Positions 21,155 to 31,022 of a stretch of 64,000 nt of DNA are shown piece after piece. The notes beneath the pieces are model-generated. The model was given only the letters and a program-made list of their open reading frames with translations, did not search any database and was not told where the DNA came from. The position numbers and the translations under genes were made by a program. Within the stretch, counting starts at the first letter, position 1. The number at the start of each line of letters is the position of its first letter. This stretch comes from Longimicrobiales bacterium. GTDB taxonomy: Bacteria > Gemmatimonadota > Gemmatimonadetes > Longimicrobiales > Gaopeijiaceae. The stretch spans positions 1,536,001 to 1,600,000 of the forward strand of contig CBDCNQ010000005.1 of NCBI GenBank assembly GCA_965219445.1. Reading direction: 5' to 3'.

Positions 21155-22519
21155 ATGCGTCATTTCCAACACGTGATACTCGGGACCGGCCAGGCGACTG
21201 GCACCCTACTGGGCACCCTCCTGCATACCGGAGAATCGATCGCCGTCATTGAAGGAGATCGAGTAGGCGGCACCTGCGTGAACACGGGCTGCACCCCCAC
21301 CAAGGCACTTGTGGCCAGCGCGAAGGTCGCTCACATGGTGCGGCGCGCACCGGAGTACGGCGTCCAGCCAAACGGGGTCGAGATAGACTTCGAAGCCGTT
21401 CGGGCGCGCATGAACGCCATTCGCGACAACACGGGGATGGTTTCGCGGATCTCCTCGGCGGAAAGTGTTTCGTTTTTCGAAGACTGGGGCCGCTTCGAGG
21501 GTCCGCGGCAGATTCGTGTGGGCGACGAGGTCATCACCTCCGATCGGATCTATATCAACGCCGGAGCACGCCCGAGGGTCCCCGAGATTCCAGGGCTGGA
21601 GACGGTTCCATGGCTGGATCACAGCCGACTCCTCGAGCTGACTGAAGTTCCGGAGCACCTGATCATCCTGGGAGGCAGTTACGTCGCTCTCGAATTCAGT
21701 CAGATCTTCCGAAGATTCGGAGCGCGGGTCACCGTTCTCGAGCGGGGACCACAACTCGTTTTTCGAGAGGATGCCGACGTAGCGGAGTCCATCAGGGACA
21801 TTCTCGAACTGGAGGGCATCGACGTCTGTCTGGACTCGAGCGCGGTGCGGGTTGCCCCCGATGGAGCCGGCGTGGCCGTTACGATCTTACAGAGTGGTGA
21901 AGAGCGCCTGTTGACCGGCTCACACTTCCTAGTCGCCGTGGGCCGGGTCCCGAACTCGGACTTGCTCAATGCTGAAGCGGCCGGTATCCAGCTCGACGAA
22001 CGGGGGTTCATCGAGGTCGACGACTTTTGCCAGACCGGCGCGGAGGGTGTTTTCGCCGTGGGCGATATCAACGGCCACGGTGCCTTCACTCATACTTCGG
22101 TCAACGACGCCGAGATCGTCCTCGACCAGATGCACGGTGGCACCAGGAGATTGTCAGACCGGATTTCCGTATACGCGCTATTTATCGATCCCGCGCTCGG
22201 CCGAGTCGGAATGACCGAAAGGGAGGCGGTCGCGAAGGGTCACAGGGTAATGAAAGCCACGCGCCCGATGTCTCGAATTAGCCGGGCCAAGGAGATGGGA
22301 GAGACGCTGGGATTCGCCAAGCTCCTGGTCGACGGCGATACGGATCAGATTCTGGGTGCCGCAATTCTGGGACCCGGCGGTGACGAGATCATCAACATGT
22401 TCGCGGCCTACATGTACAGCGGTCTGCCCTGCATGGACTACCGGAAATCAGTGCTCGTTCACCCGACTGTATCTGAACTCATGCCATGGATACTGGACAC
22501 GCTCGAGCCGGTCCCGTGA
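21155..22519 (+). CDS. Flavin-disulfide reductase (MerA/RclA-like, no C-terminal Cys pair)
   Basis: GTGQA, GGTCVNTGCTPTK, GRVPNSD, HPTVSE. Confidence 0.85.
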   Translation: MRHFQHVILGTGQATGTLLGTLLHTGESIAVIEGDRVGGTCVNTGCTPTKALVASAKVAHMVRRAPEYGVQPNGVEIDFEAVRARMNAIRDNTGMVSRISSAESVSFFEDWGRFEGPRQIRVGDEVITSDRIYINAGARPRVPEIPGLETVPWLDHSRLLELTEVPEHLIILGGSYVALEFSQIFRRFGARVTVLERGPQLVFREDADVAESIRDILELEGIDVCLDSSAVRVAPDGAGVAVTILQSGEERLLTGSHFLVAVGRVPNSDLLNAEAAGIQLDERGFIEVDDFCQTGAEGVFAVGDINGHGAFTHTSVNDAEIVLDQMHGGTRRLSDRISVYALFIDPALGRVGMTEREAVAKGHRVMKATRPMSRISRAKEMGETLGFAKLLVDGDTDQILGAAILGPGGDEIINMFAAYMYSGLPCMDYRKSVLVHPTVSELMPWILDTLEPVP

Positions 22520-22539
22520 CGCTACAGGGGGACGTGATC

Positions 22540-23010
22540 ATGACCTTGCAGTCCCTTCGCAGAACTCGAGAGGACCGAGTCGCCAGCTGGATCCGAATAG
22601 CGTTGGGAATCCTATTCGTCATGACCGGCGTCATGAAGCTCGTCGTCCCCAGCTTGGGAGCGGCGTTTTCAGGACAGTTGGCAGGGGCTAACATCCCGCT
22701 CCAGGAACTGAATCGCTGGCTCGTGCCTTTCATAGAGATCGGCGTCGGCGGTGCGCTGCTGATCGGCTTCTACACGCGAATCGCTACCGTGCTTGTTTTC
22801 AGCATCATGATCGTGGGGACCTATGTGCACCTCGTGGTGGACGACCCCTCTCTGTTTCCCCTCCAGCCCGAGGAGCCGATCATTCCGGCCGTCGTGATGA
22901 TCCTGTCGATCTACATGCTTCTACGGGGAGGGGGTTCCGGAAGCTTGGACCTGAAGGCGTCGGTGGGAGCAGCTTCCTCCTCATCTGCGGAGCCGAGTAG
23001 CGACCACTAA
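22540..23010 (+). CDS. DoxX family membrane protein
   Basis: RIALGILF...G.MK and EIGVG..LLIGFYTR.A. Confidence 0.8.
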   Translation: MTLQSLRRTREDRVASWIRIALGILFVMTGVMKLVVPSLGAAFSGQLAGANIPLQELNRWLVPFIEIGVGGALLIGFYTRIATVLVFSIMIVGTYVHLVVDDPSLFPLQPEEPIIPAVVMILSIYMLLRGGGSGSLDLKASVGAASSSSAEPSSDH

Positions 23011-23090
23011 CCGGTGCTCCAAGCCCACGGCCCCTGCCCTCGGAGCAACGTGACGACGGAGAGGAGTGAACCTTCATGACCCGCGACTTC

Positions 23091-23183
23091 GAGATGAAGC
23101 GTCGTGACGCGAGATACGGGCTCGTGAGCATCTGTGCGGCAGGTGCCCAGGCGTCAGCGATGATCCTCGAGCGGGACGTGTAG
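23091..23183 (+). pseudogene. Thiolase (acetyl-CoA C-acyltransferase) C-terminal relic
   Basis: Manual translation EMKRRDARYGLVSICAAGAQASAMILERDV* matches the thiolase C-terminal GL...CxxG...A..LE signature. Confidence 0.65.
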
Positions 23184-23217
23184 CGCCCGAACCCACGATC
23201 ACAAGGAGTAATAGGCC

Positions 23218-23652
23218 ATGGCGGTTGTGACCGGTGTACTGCGCGAAGGCACGCAAATATCAATCCGGGCCCGCGACTTCACATGGCTCGGCGACGAGCC
23301 GACCCGCGCCGGGGGCACGGACACCGGCCCCACACCGTACGAGATCTTGCTGGGAGCCCTTGTGGCCTGCATCGCGATCACGTTGCGGCTCTACGCCGAC
23401 CACAAGGGTATCCCGCTCGACGAGGTCGGCGTCGAGCTCGAGTACGATCGAGTGCACGCCGACGATTGCGTGGGCTGCGACGAGCGGGCGGATGGCTGGA
23501 TCGAGCGGATCCAGTCGCGGGTGACCCTCCGCGGAACGTTCGACGAGCCCCAACGCAAGCGGTTGACACAGGTGGCGGAGCGCTGTCCAGTTCATAAAAC
23601 GCTGGCGAACGGGGTTCGTATCGTCGACTCCGTTGCCTTCGAAGCCCGCTGA
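23218..23652 (+). CDS. OsmC family protein
   Basis: DEP...GGTDTGPTPYE.LL.AL.AC and AERCPVHKTL; AAGGAG RBS. Confidence 0.85.
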   Translation: MAVVTGVLREGTQISIRARDFTWLGDEPTRAGGTDTGPTPYEILLGALVACIAITLRLYADHKGIPLDEVGVELEYDRVHADDCVGCDERADGWIERIQSRVTLRGTFDEPQRKRLTQVAERCPVHKTLANGVRIVDSVAFEAR

Positions 23653-23674
23653 GCGGTTGCCAAGAGAGGACCAA

Positions 23675-25261
23675 GTGGACGCCGATGACCGAGAAGTGAC
23701 GACGGGGAGCGAGCCCGGTGAACTCCGGCCGACGCTCGTCCTGGTCCATCTCTCGGGGAGCCGTCGGGGGCACTCCCACCGCCTCTCGGGGAACGAGATC
23801 AGGATCGGCACCGGGGCCGGGATGGATCTGCGACTGCCCCTCGATACAGAACCCCTTCCCGCGCCTCACCACGCGACCCTGCGCTGTCGGGGCGCCACGT
23901 ACGAGGTGGTGGCCGAGGGTGATGGCGAGGTTTGGGTCAACGGTGAGCAGGTGAAACGGTTCACCCTCGCCTCGGGGGACGTCCTGGAGATCGGTCGGGA
24001 CGGCGCGGTGTTGCGCTACCGTATGTACGACGCCGGCGTCGCCCCCTACAAGACGATGACGCAGGTCTTCTCCGACTGCCTCGACTGCGTCCGGAACTCC
24101 CATCGGGGTCCCGTGGGGAAGGCAGCCATGGTCCTCACCGACCTCCCCAAGCAGTTAGCGACCGAAACGACTCGTACGTTCCGCGTCGGCGTGCTGACCC
24201 TATTAATCCTCCTGGGATTCGGCACCGTGTTGCTGGCGAGCCGGAGTGTGCGGCTCGAGCAGCAGCTCGCCGACGAGATGACCCGGGTGGCGGGACTCGC
24301 GGAGCTGCTCGAGCGGACACAGACGCAGGTTCCCACATCCGAAGACCTCGCGGACCTCTTCGCCGAGCTCCAGTCCAGCGTGTCCACGGCAGGAGATCGG
24401 CTGGACGCGTTGGAGGAGCGGAGCGGAGCGGAGGCCCGGGTCGTCGGAACCGCTTCCCGCTCGACGGTCTTCGTGCAGGGGAGTTACGGGTTCGTCCAAC
24501 CCGAGAGCGGGCGTCCCCTGCGCCTGGTCCTGGGTCCAGGCGGCCGGCCCATCAGGAACGCAGCCGGCGAGCCCGCCATCACCTTGGAGGGCGAGGGGCC
24601 TCCCCTGGAGGTCTTCCTCACGGGCACGGCCTTCGTGGTCAGTCCGGACGGACTCGTGCTCACGAACAGGCACGTCGCGAGCCCCTGGGAGTTCGACACC
24701 GTCGGCAGGGCCATGCTCGCCCAGGGCCTCGAGGGAAGGATGACGCGCTTCGTCGGCTACCTCCCCGGGGTGGCCGGGCGCTTCTATCTGGAGCGGGTCT
24801 TGGTGAGCGATGAGGCCGATCTGGCCATGCTGTGCTGCGTCATCAGTGGCGAAGCCGACTACCTACCGCTGGCCGACGGGCCGCCCGAGCCGGGTGAGGC
24901 CGTGCTTGTCATCGGCTTCCCCCTTGGGATCCGGGCACTCATGGCCCGCACCAGCCCCGAGTTTGTGGAAGGCCTCGGCGAAGCCGGCATCACGGACTTC
25001 TGGGAGGTCGCCGAGCGGCTGTCGCGAGCCGGGTACGTCACGCCGCTGGCGAGTAGGGGCATCGTCGGGCAGGTGACGACGCAGAACGTCGTCTACGACG
25101 CCGAAACCACCAGTGGAGGAAGTGGCGGTCCGGTGCTGTCGCTGGACGGCCAGGTGGTAGCGATCAACTCGGCCATCCTCCCGGAGTTCGGGGGCTCGAA
25201 TCTGGGCGTTCCTGCCGCGCGGGCGCGGGAGCTGTTGTCCGCGGTCAGACAACTTCCATGA
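23675..25261 (+). CDS. FHA-like domain + TM + coiled coil + trypsin-like serine protease
   Basis: HHATL..VWVNG..L.SGDVLEIG (FHA); protease triad TNRHV / DLA / GGSGGPV. Start uncertain. Confidence 0.8.
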   Translation: MDADDREVTTGSEPGELRPTLVLVHLSGSRRGHSHRLSGNEIRIGTGAGMDLRLPLDTEPLPAPHHATLRCRGATYEVVAEGDGEVWVNGEQVKRFTLASGDVLEIGRDGAVLRYRMYDAGVAPYKTMTQVFSDCLDCVRNSHRGPVGKAAMVLTDLPKQLATETTRTFRVGVLTLLILLGFGTVLLASRSVRLEQQLADEMTRVAGLAELLERTQTQVPTSEDLADLFAELQSSVSTAGDRLDALEERSGAEARVVGTASRSTVFVQGSYGFVQPESGRPLRLVLGPGGRPIRNAAGEPAITLEGEGPPLEVFLTGTAFVVSPDGLVLTNRHVASPWEFDTVGRAMLAQGLEGRMTRFVGYLPGVAGRFYLERVLVSDEADLAMLCCVISGEADYLPLADGPPEPGEAVLVIGFPLGIRALMARTSPEFVEGLGEAGITDFWEVAERLSRAGYVTPLASRGIVGQVTTQNVVYDAETTSGGSGGPVLSLDGQVVAINSAILPEFGGSNLGVPAARARELLSAVRQLP

Positions 25262-26225
25262 CGATCTTACCACTGGCCAGGTTCGCGTCCATAGTGGTGT
25301 GCGCGTCCCGGAGCTTCTCGAAAGGAAAGTTCGGTCCGAGCTTGAGCCCGAGCTCACCAGATTCGACGAGAGAGACATAATCTTGAAGCTGCGCGGGTGT
25401 GATATCGGACGACTCACCGGCGTATGAGGTCAACTTTACGCCGGTTGGCACATCAGCCATTGGGCTAAATTCCGGTAGAACCCACGCACCTCCAAGAATG
25501 CCGGTCATGCACACGATCCCGCCTCGTCGTGCCGCCTGCAGTGAATCCCGCAGTGTAGTGGCCCCCACCAATTCGAGGACGCGGTCGAAACCATTTGGGT
25601 AGATCGCTCGGGCTTGATCCGCTATGGATCCGTCGTCCACGAGCACGTGAGTGGCTCCTGCCGCTACGAGTTCCTCGGCCTTGGTCGCACTTCTAGTCGT
25701 CGCCGCAACCTCGAGACCCGCTGCTCGCGCGAGAGCAATGGTCGCGAAGCCGACGGACGATGTCCCGCCTCGCACGAGGAGGTTCTCGGCACGCTCGATC
25801 TCGAGGCCAGTACGGAGCGAGCCATGGACGGTCTGCAGCATCTCGGGCAGCGCTCCGAGGATTTTCCAATCCAGGTCCGTCTCCAATGGGAATACGTGCT
25901 GCCGCGGAACGAGGACATACTCGGCGTAGGAGCCGTCGAACTGTCGCCCCATGCCACCCATCATCGCTGCGACTCGAATCCCGTGAGACAGGTCGGAGCC
26001 AGGTGCGGAAACCACTTCACCGACGCATTCGATGCCGAGCACACGAGGAAACTGAACGTCGGGCGACTGCCCCCGTCGTGTGAACCATTCTGATCGGTTG
26101 AGCCCGAATGCCCTGTTGCGAATCAAGACCCAGCCGTCGCGAGGCTCTGGTCGGCGTATCTCTCGGAGCTCGAGCTTTTCCGGGCCGCCGGGCTCTTCGA
26201 TCACGAACGCGCGCATTAATTCCAT
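25245..26225 (-). CDS. Zinc-binding dehydrogenase/quinone oxidoreductase family
   Basis: GGPEKL, FGLNRSE, PRVLGIECVG, RGGTSSVG. Confidence 0.85.
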   Translation of the reverse strand: MELMRAFVIEEPGGPEKLELREIRRPEPRDGWVLIRNRAFGLNRSEWFTRRGQSPDVQFPRVLGIECVGEVVSAPGSDLSHGIRVAAMMGGMGRQFDGSYAEYVLVPRQHVFPLETDLDWKILGALPEMLQTVHGSLRTGLEIERAENLLVRGGTSSVGFATIALARAAGLEVAATTRSATKAEELVAAGATHVLVDDGSIADQARAIYPNGFDRVLELVGATTLRDSLQAARRGGIVCMTGILGGAWVLPEFSPMADVPTGVKLTSYAGESSDITPAQLQDYVSLVESGELGLKLGPNFPFEKLRDAHTTMDANLASGKIVMEVV

Positions 26226-26238
26226 CGCTCGGGGACTG

Positions 26239-26892
26239 CTACGCCTCCAACCTCTCGAGTTGGTGCTCGAAGTACCCGGACCAGCTCTCGGGTAGTGCGG
26301 TTACCGCGATGGCCTTTCTCAAGAGCGCGACGTTCCCCCTCTCGGTCGTGTACAAACTCGTGACGTCGGCGACCGATAACCCGTCGGGATGCTTCGAGAG
26401 CAGCTCGAGGGTGTCGCCCGCCTCAACCTCTCCCTCTTCCACCACACGAAAGTAGAATCCGGTCCGCTGACTCTGGAGAAACCGTTTCGGCATGTCGGCC
26501 CTGCCGAAGCGAACGCTCAGCTTGAAGCATGGCATGCGCGGCTCGGTCACCCCCAGCAGGGCCGTCCCCACAGTGAACTCGTCGCCGATGCAAATCGATG
26601 CTTCGTCCATGCCGTCGACGCTGAAGTTTTCACCGAAATGGCCCCATCCCAACTCCACGTCGGGTAACTCTCCCCGCCAATAGTCATAGTGTTGAGTGGG
26701 GTAGACGTAAACCGCCTTGGTTGGTCCGCCGTGGACGGACAGATCGGCCTGCTGGTCCCCGTCTAGATTGTGTCTGCGCACGGCGACCGGGCCGTCTACC
26801 GGACTCTTGAAGATGCCGGTGGTGACGGGCTGGTCCCTCCACTGGACGGTCTTGGGAAGACCCACGTTCACGGAAATCAAGGACATCGTCAT
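26239..26892 (-). CDS. MOSC domain protein with 3-alpha domain (YiiM-like)
   Basis: TGIFK, GDQQADL.VHGG..KAV, FGENF, PRMPCFKL, RTGFYFRV. Confidence 0.9.
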   Translation of the reverse strand: MTMSLISVNVGLPKTVQWRDQPVTTGIFKSPVDGPVAVRRHNLDGDQQADLSVHGGPTKAVYVYPTQHYDYWRGELPDVELGWGHFGENFSVDGMDEASICIGDEFTVGTALLGVTEPRMPCFKLSVRFGRADMPKRFLQSQRTGFYFRVVEEGEVEAGDTLELLSKHPDGLSVADVTSLYTTERGNVALLRKAIAVTALPESWSGYFEHQLERLEA

Positions 26893-27275
26893 CGTGCTGC
26901 TCCTGGAGCGTCAGGAGTGAGTCGAGAACTGGACCCAACACTGCAGGATGTGACCTTTCAGCGCGAGCCACCAGGGCGGGCATCGAGTGTTCTTTGGGAT
27001 CGCCTTCATACGCTGGACTTGCGGTGCGTTGCACCCGGGTCTACGGATGTGCGACGATGACCGGAGCCGAAGCCTGATTCGGCTTGATCGACGTCGAGGT
27101 GCTTCGGAGCGACTGACCGGGAGACGCGAGAACGCTCGGTACGCCGACCCACCCGCACCGTCTTGCCTCCGCGCCCCTGCAAGCTCACTGTGAGGGGCCT
27201 GATCATGCGTCGCAACGCGGCCCACTGTACAGCTTCAACAGCCTTCTAAATCAACCAGAGCCCCGAACAAAATCG

Positions 27276-28931
27276 ATGTCATCTGCGCGACGGCGGCGTG
27301 CCCGTCAGAGGAGCCGACAGAAAGGGAGGCAAGTAGCAGCGGACAGTAGCCGACGACGCCCCGCCCGCGATGCCTCGCCCGATTCGCGAGTCCCGTCACC
27401 CCACCGCGTGTTCTTGATACCGTTGGCTCTGACGCTGGGTCTCGCCCTTCTCTCGTTCGTGCCCCGTGTGTCGGGCAACCCGATTCTCGCACGCTCTTTC
27501 TGGGGTGCGGCCGTCGTGCTGCTCGTATGGCAGGTGGCGCTCTTCCTGCGGCTGAAGGGTGCGTCCGAGGGCCGATCGCTTATCACGGTGTTACGCCCCC
27601 AACATTACGTGCAGGCGCTCGTTCAAGTAGCGGTGTTCGCGTACTGGGGCTGGTATTGGCGGCCGGTCTACGACTTCGCCTGGCTCCTCGTGGCTCAGTT
27701 GGTGTTCGCCTACGCCTTCGACATGCTCCTGGCCTGGACGCGGCGCGAAAATTATGTGCTCGGCTTCGGGCCATTTCCGATCATCTTCAGCACAAACCTG
27801 TTCCTGTGGTTTCGGGACGACTGGTTCTACCTGCAGTTCCTCATGCTCGCGGTCGGGTTCATGGGCAAGGAGTTCGTGCGGTGGCAACGGGAGGGCAAAC
27901 GGGTACACATCTTCAACCCGTCCGCCTTTTCGCTGGGGCTGTTCTCGCTGGTATTGATTGCCACGAACACGACCCAGCTGACCTGGGGGCAAGAGATCGC
28001 CTCGACCCTGACCCTCGCTCCCTACATCTACTCGTTTCTCTTCCTGACCGGCCTGGTGGTCATGTACTTCTTTTCGATCACGCTGGTCGCCGGCTCGGCA
28101 GCCATTATGCTGTTCGGCCTGAGCGCCCTGTATGCCGCCGTCACAGGCGTCCCCTACTTCGTCGACTCCGAGATCCCCTCGGCGGTATTCCTCGGACTGC
28201 ACCTGCTTGTGACCGACCCGTCGACCTCACCGAGAACGCCGTTCGGGAAGAGCATTTTCGGTGGCCTGTACGGTGTGGGTGTCTTCGTCCTCTACGCTCT
28301 CCTGGGTGCCATTGGCGCGCCGACCTTCTACGACAAACTCTTGTGCGTACCACTCCTGAATATGAGCGTGCAGGCGATCGACCGCCTGGTGCGTGGCATT
28401 CAGACGAGTCCCGGCTGGAGTCGTTGGCGAGTGGACTGGGCTCCGGCGCACGCCAACTTGGCCCACATGGCCGTGTGGATCGTCTTCTTCGGTGCCATGA
28501 CGGCGATGGGACGGACCGACGGGCGTCATCCCGGTGACAGCCTTCCCTTCTGGCAGCAGTCGTGTGAAGACGGGCGGCGAAATGCGTGTGAACGCCTGAT
28601 CCAACTGGAGGCCTCGTACTGTGGCGACAACTCGGGATGGGCGTGTAACGAGTTGGGCTATCATCACATGGAGGGCCAGATCATCGGCGCCGACTCCGAG
28701 CTCGCGACCGCGTATTTCTCGAGGGCCTGCGAAACCCGGTTTCAGGCCGGATGCGTCAACGTGTTGGAGCCAGCGGGTCCCAGCCGAGCGGACCCACGCG
28801 TTATCGACCTCCGACTGCTCTTGCGCGAGGGGGGGCCGAACCTGATGGGTATGGCGGAGCCAGATTTGTACACTCGGGCCTGCCATCATGGTTGGACCTT
28901 CGCCTGCGCTGGGGGCGCTCAGTCACTGTGA
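27276..28931 (+). CDS. RnfD/NqrB-like (UnbU-like) membrane protein with Cys-rich Sel1-like C-terminus
   Basis: Many TM helices; HIFNPSAF and VTDPSTSP (cf. RnfD FNPA and TDPVT.P); repeated C..G...AC/GC units at the C-terminus. Confidence 0.65.
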   Translation: MSSARRRRARQRSRQKGRQVAADSSRRRPARDASPDSRVPSPHRVFLIPLALTLGLALLSFVPRVSGNPILARSFWGAAVVLLVWQVALFLRLKGASEGRSLITVLRPQHYVQALVQVAVFAYWGWYWRPVYDFAWLLVAQLVFAYAFDMLLAWTRRENYVLGFGPFPIIFSTNLFLWFRDDWFYLQFLMLAVGFMGKEFVRWQREGKRVHIFNPSAFSLGLFSLVLIATNTTQLTWGQEIASTLTLAPYIYSFLFLTGLVVMYFFSITLVAGSAAIMLFGLSALYAAVTGVPYFVDSEIPSAVFLGLHLLVTDPSTSPRTPFGKSIFGGLYGVGVFVLYALLGAIGAPTFYDKLLCVPLLNMSVQAIDRLVRGIQTSPGWSRWRVDWAPAHANLAHMAVWIVFFGAMTAMGRTDGRHPGDSLPFWQQSCEDGRRNACERLIQLEASYCGDNSGWACNELGYHHMEGQIIGADSELATAYFSRACETRFQAGCVNVLEPAGPSRADPRVIDLRLLLREGGPNLMGMAEPDLYTRACHHGWTFACAGGAQSL

Positions 28932-29896
28932 GCGGAAAGGAGCTAGAGCGGCAGAGCGAAGGTGGACCGCCACCATCCACGGGCGGGATGGCGTTCGTGG
29001 CCGTTCTTGTTTTGGCCGTTGCGGCATGGATGGCGTTCCAGCGTCCGCAACCCGAATCGGCGGTCAACGCGGAGCGTTTTTCGGGGTTGACGGACAGTTT
29101 TGGGGATCCCGCGGGCCTTCGGTCCGACGCATGGTTTCTCCCGGATGAAGAGCTCCTCGGTTTCGTTGAGGTTCCGGCCGGCCCGTTCTTGATGGGAAGT
29201 GATCCAGCTATCGACCGGCTGGCTTTCGACAATGAGTGGTGGCCGGGTGCCAGTCCCCAGGAGACGGTGGATCTTCCGGCGTTCTTCATAGGCAGGTACG
29301 AGGTCACGGTGGCGCAGTTCGGGGCGTTCGTCGAGGAAACGGGATACAGGGCTAATGATGAGGCGTTCCGGGCACGTCCGGATCATCCCGTGGCCACCGT
29401 TTCCTGGACCGACGCGCTCGCTTATGCCCGATGGCTCGAGACGACCCTTAGGGAATGGCCGGAGACGCCCCCCGAGCTCGGCCGACTGCTCCGCGACGGA
29501 TGGCGGATCACCCTACCGACCGAAGCCGAATGGGAGAAGGCGGCACGGGGGCTCGACGGGAGGGTCTATCCATGGGGAAATGAGCCGAGACAGGATCGGG
29601 CCAACTACGGGAGGCGGAGTACCGCTCCGGTTGGCAGTTTCGCATGTCCGGAATGCCCCTTCGGCCTTCTCGATATGAGTGGCAACGTTTGGGAGTTGAC
29701 CCGGAGTCCGTACCAGGCCTACCCCTACGACGAGTCGGACGACCGTGAGGGGCTCGACGCGGACGCCCTTTGGGTGATGCGTGGCGGTTCGTTCGACGAT
29801 TCTGAGCAGAACGTGCGGACGGCGATCCGGGGGGGTGCGGACCCGGGGGTGCGCCGGCCCTCCATCGGGTTTCGCCTGGTGATCACACGGTTTTAA
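28928..29896 (+). CDS. Formylglycine-generating enzyme (SUMF1/EgtB/PvdO) family protein, membrane-anchored
   Basis: YEVTVAQF, HPV..VSW.DA.AY, LPTEAEWEKAARG, DMSGNVWE, RGGSF, IGFR. GTG start overlaps the upstream TGA. Confidence 0.85.
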   Translation: MSGKELERQSEGGPPPSTGGMAFVAVLVLAVAAWMAFQRPQPESAVNAERFSGLTDSFGDPAGLRSDAWFLPDEELLGFVEVPAGPFLMGSDPAIDRLAFDNEWWPGASPQETVDLPAFFIGRYEVTVAQFGAFVEETGYRANDEAFRARPDHPVATVSWTDALAYARWLETTLREWPETPPELGRLLRDGWRITLPTEAEWEKAARGLDGRVYPWGNEPRQDRANYGRRSTAPVGSFACPECPFGLLDMSGNVWELTRSPYQAYPYDESDDREGLDADALWVMRGGSFDDSEQNVRTAIRGGADPGVRRPSIGFRLVITRF

Positions 29897-29920
29897 TGGG
29901 CCGCGGGGGGTGACACCACA

Positions 29921-30442
29921 CTAGGGAATCGCGTGCTCCACTCCCCGTATTTCCAGGATCCGCAACAGCGCCTCCCCGATCTTGTTGTTGGGCGTCGATG
30001 CTCCGGCGGTCATCCCCAGATCGAACAAACCCTCGGGCAGCCAGTCGGCGACCACGTCCTCGGGCGTGTCACTCCCGACATCCGGCTTGTGCCGGATCGT
30101 CCCGTTCTCCAAGTCGATACATGCCGCGTCCTCGATGTGATACGTGGTCGTGAACTGACGGCAGAGATGGGCGAGGTGATCGGTATTCGATGAGTTGTAG
30201 CCGCCTATGACGATCATGACGGCTGGGGGCCCCTCGTCCATCATCGTTTCGATGGCGTCCTGTCGGTCAACCCCGTAGCAGAATCCGAATTCCTGTGCTA
30301 GGCGCACAGTGATGTCGCCGAACACTCTCCGATGGCCCTCGGAACGGATGCCCTGGACGAGCGCGGATTGGTATTCGAGATCGATCAGAGGTTGCAGCTG
30401 AGACCTCAGACCGAATCCCCGTCTAATGTAAGTTTCTTCCAT
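29921..30442 (-). pseudogene. ispH: IspH (HMBPP reductase) with large in-frame internal deletion
   Basis: LAQEFGFCYGVDR is joined directly to QDAI..VIGGYNSSNT.HL..TAGASTPN; only one of three cluster cysteines remains. Confidence 0.85.
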
Positions 30443-30574
30443 ACTCGTTTGTACGATGCCAGGTCGGTGGCTCCGTTGAGCCACCAATATGAAAGCTAAC
30501 GGTGGGCGTCGAGGACGCGAAGAACTCGCCGCCTGGCAGGACCGATCCCCCGTCGGTCGGGGTATTGTGGAGTC

Positions 30575-30991
30575 ATGAGCATTCTTGGGCGGCTTGCCCT
30601 CCTCTTCGTGATCGTTCCCCTGCTGGAACTTGCACTTCTGATTCAGATGGGCCAGATGGTTGGGTTCTGGCCCACGATTGCGTTGGTGGTCTTCACCGGC
30701 GTCACCGGTGCCTGGCTGACGCGCGCGGAAGGACTCCGGACGATATGGAGGCTACGCGATGACGTTGCCAATGGGCGTGTGCCGGGGCAGGCCATCATGG
30801 ATGGTATGGCCGTGCTCGCGGGCGGTGCGCTTCTCCTCACGCCGGGAATTCTCACCGACCTGCTTGGGTTCGGCCTGCTGGTCCCGGTGACGCGCCACGC
30901 CATCCAAAAACGGATCATGGCTCGACTCGAGCGCAGTATCGAAGAGGGCGCAAACCGGGTGAGAGTAGCCGGGGGCGAACTGCCCTTTTAG
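30575..30991 (+). CDS. fxsA: FxsA family membrane protein
   Basis: VPLLEL..LI and LAGGALLLTPGILTDLLG. Confidence 0.9.
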   Translation: MSILGRLALLFVIVPLLELALLIQMGQMVGFWPTIALVVFTGVTGAWLTRAEGLRTIWRLRDDVANGRVPGQAIMDGMAVLAGGALLLTPGILTDLLGFGLLVPVTRHAIQKRIMARLERSIEEGANRVRVAGGELPF

Positions 30992-31022
30992 CCCCGTCCC
31001 GGAGCTTATAGCTTTTCCCACC

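Noticed and set aside
21155..22519. Mercuric reductase merA
   Set aside because: No N-terminal metal-binding domain, no C-terminal Cys-Cys pair and no merR/T/P nearby.
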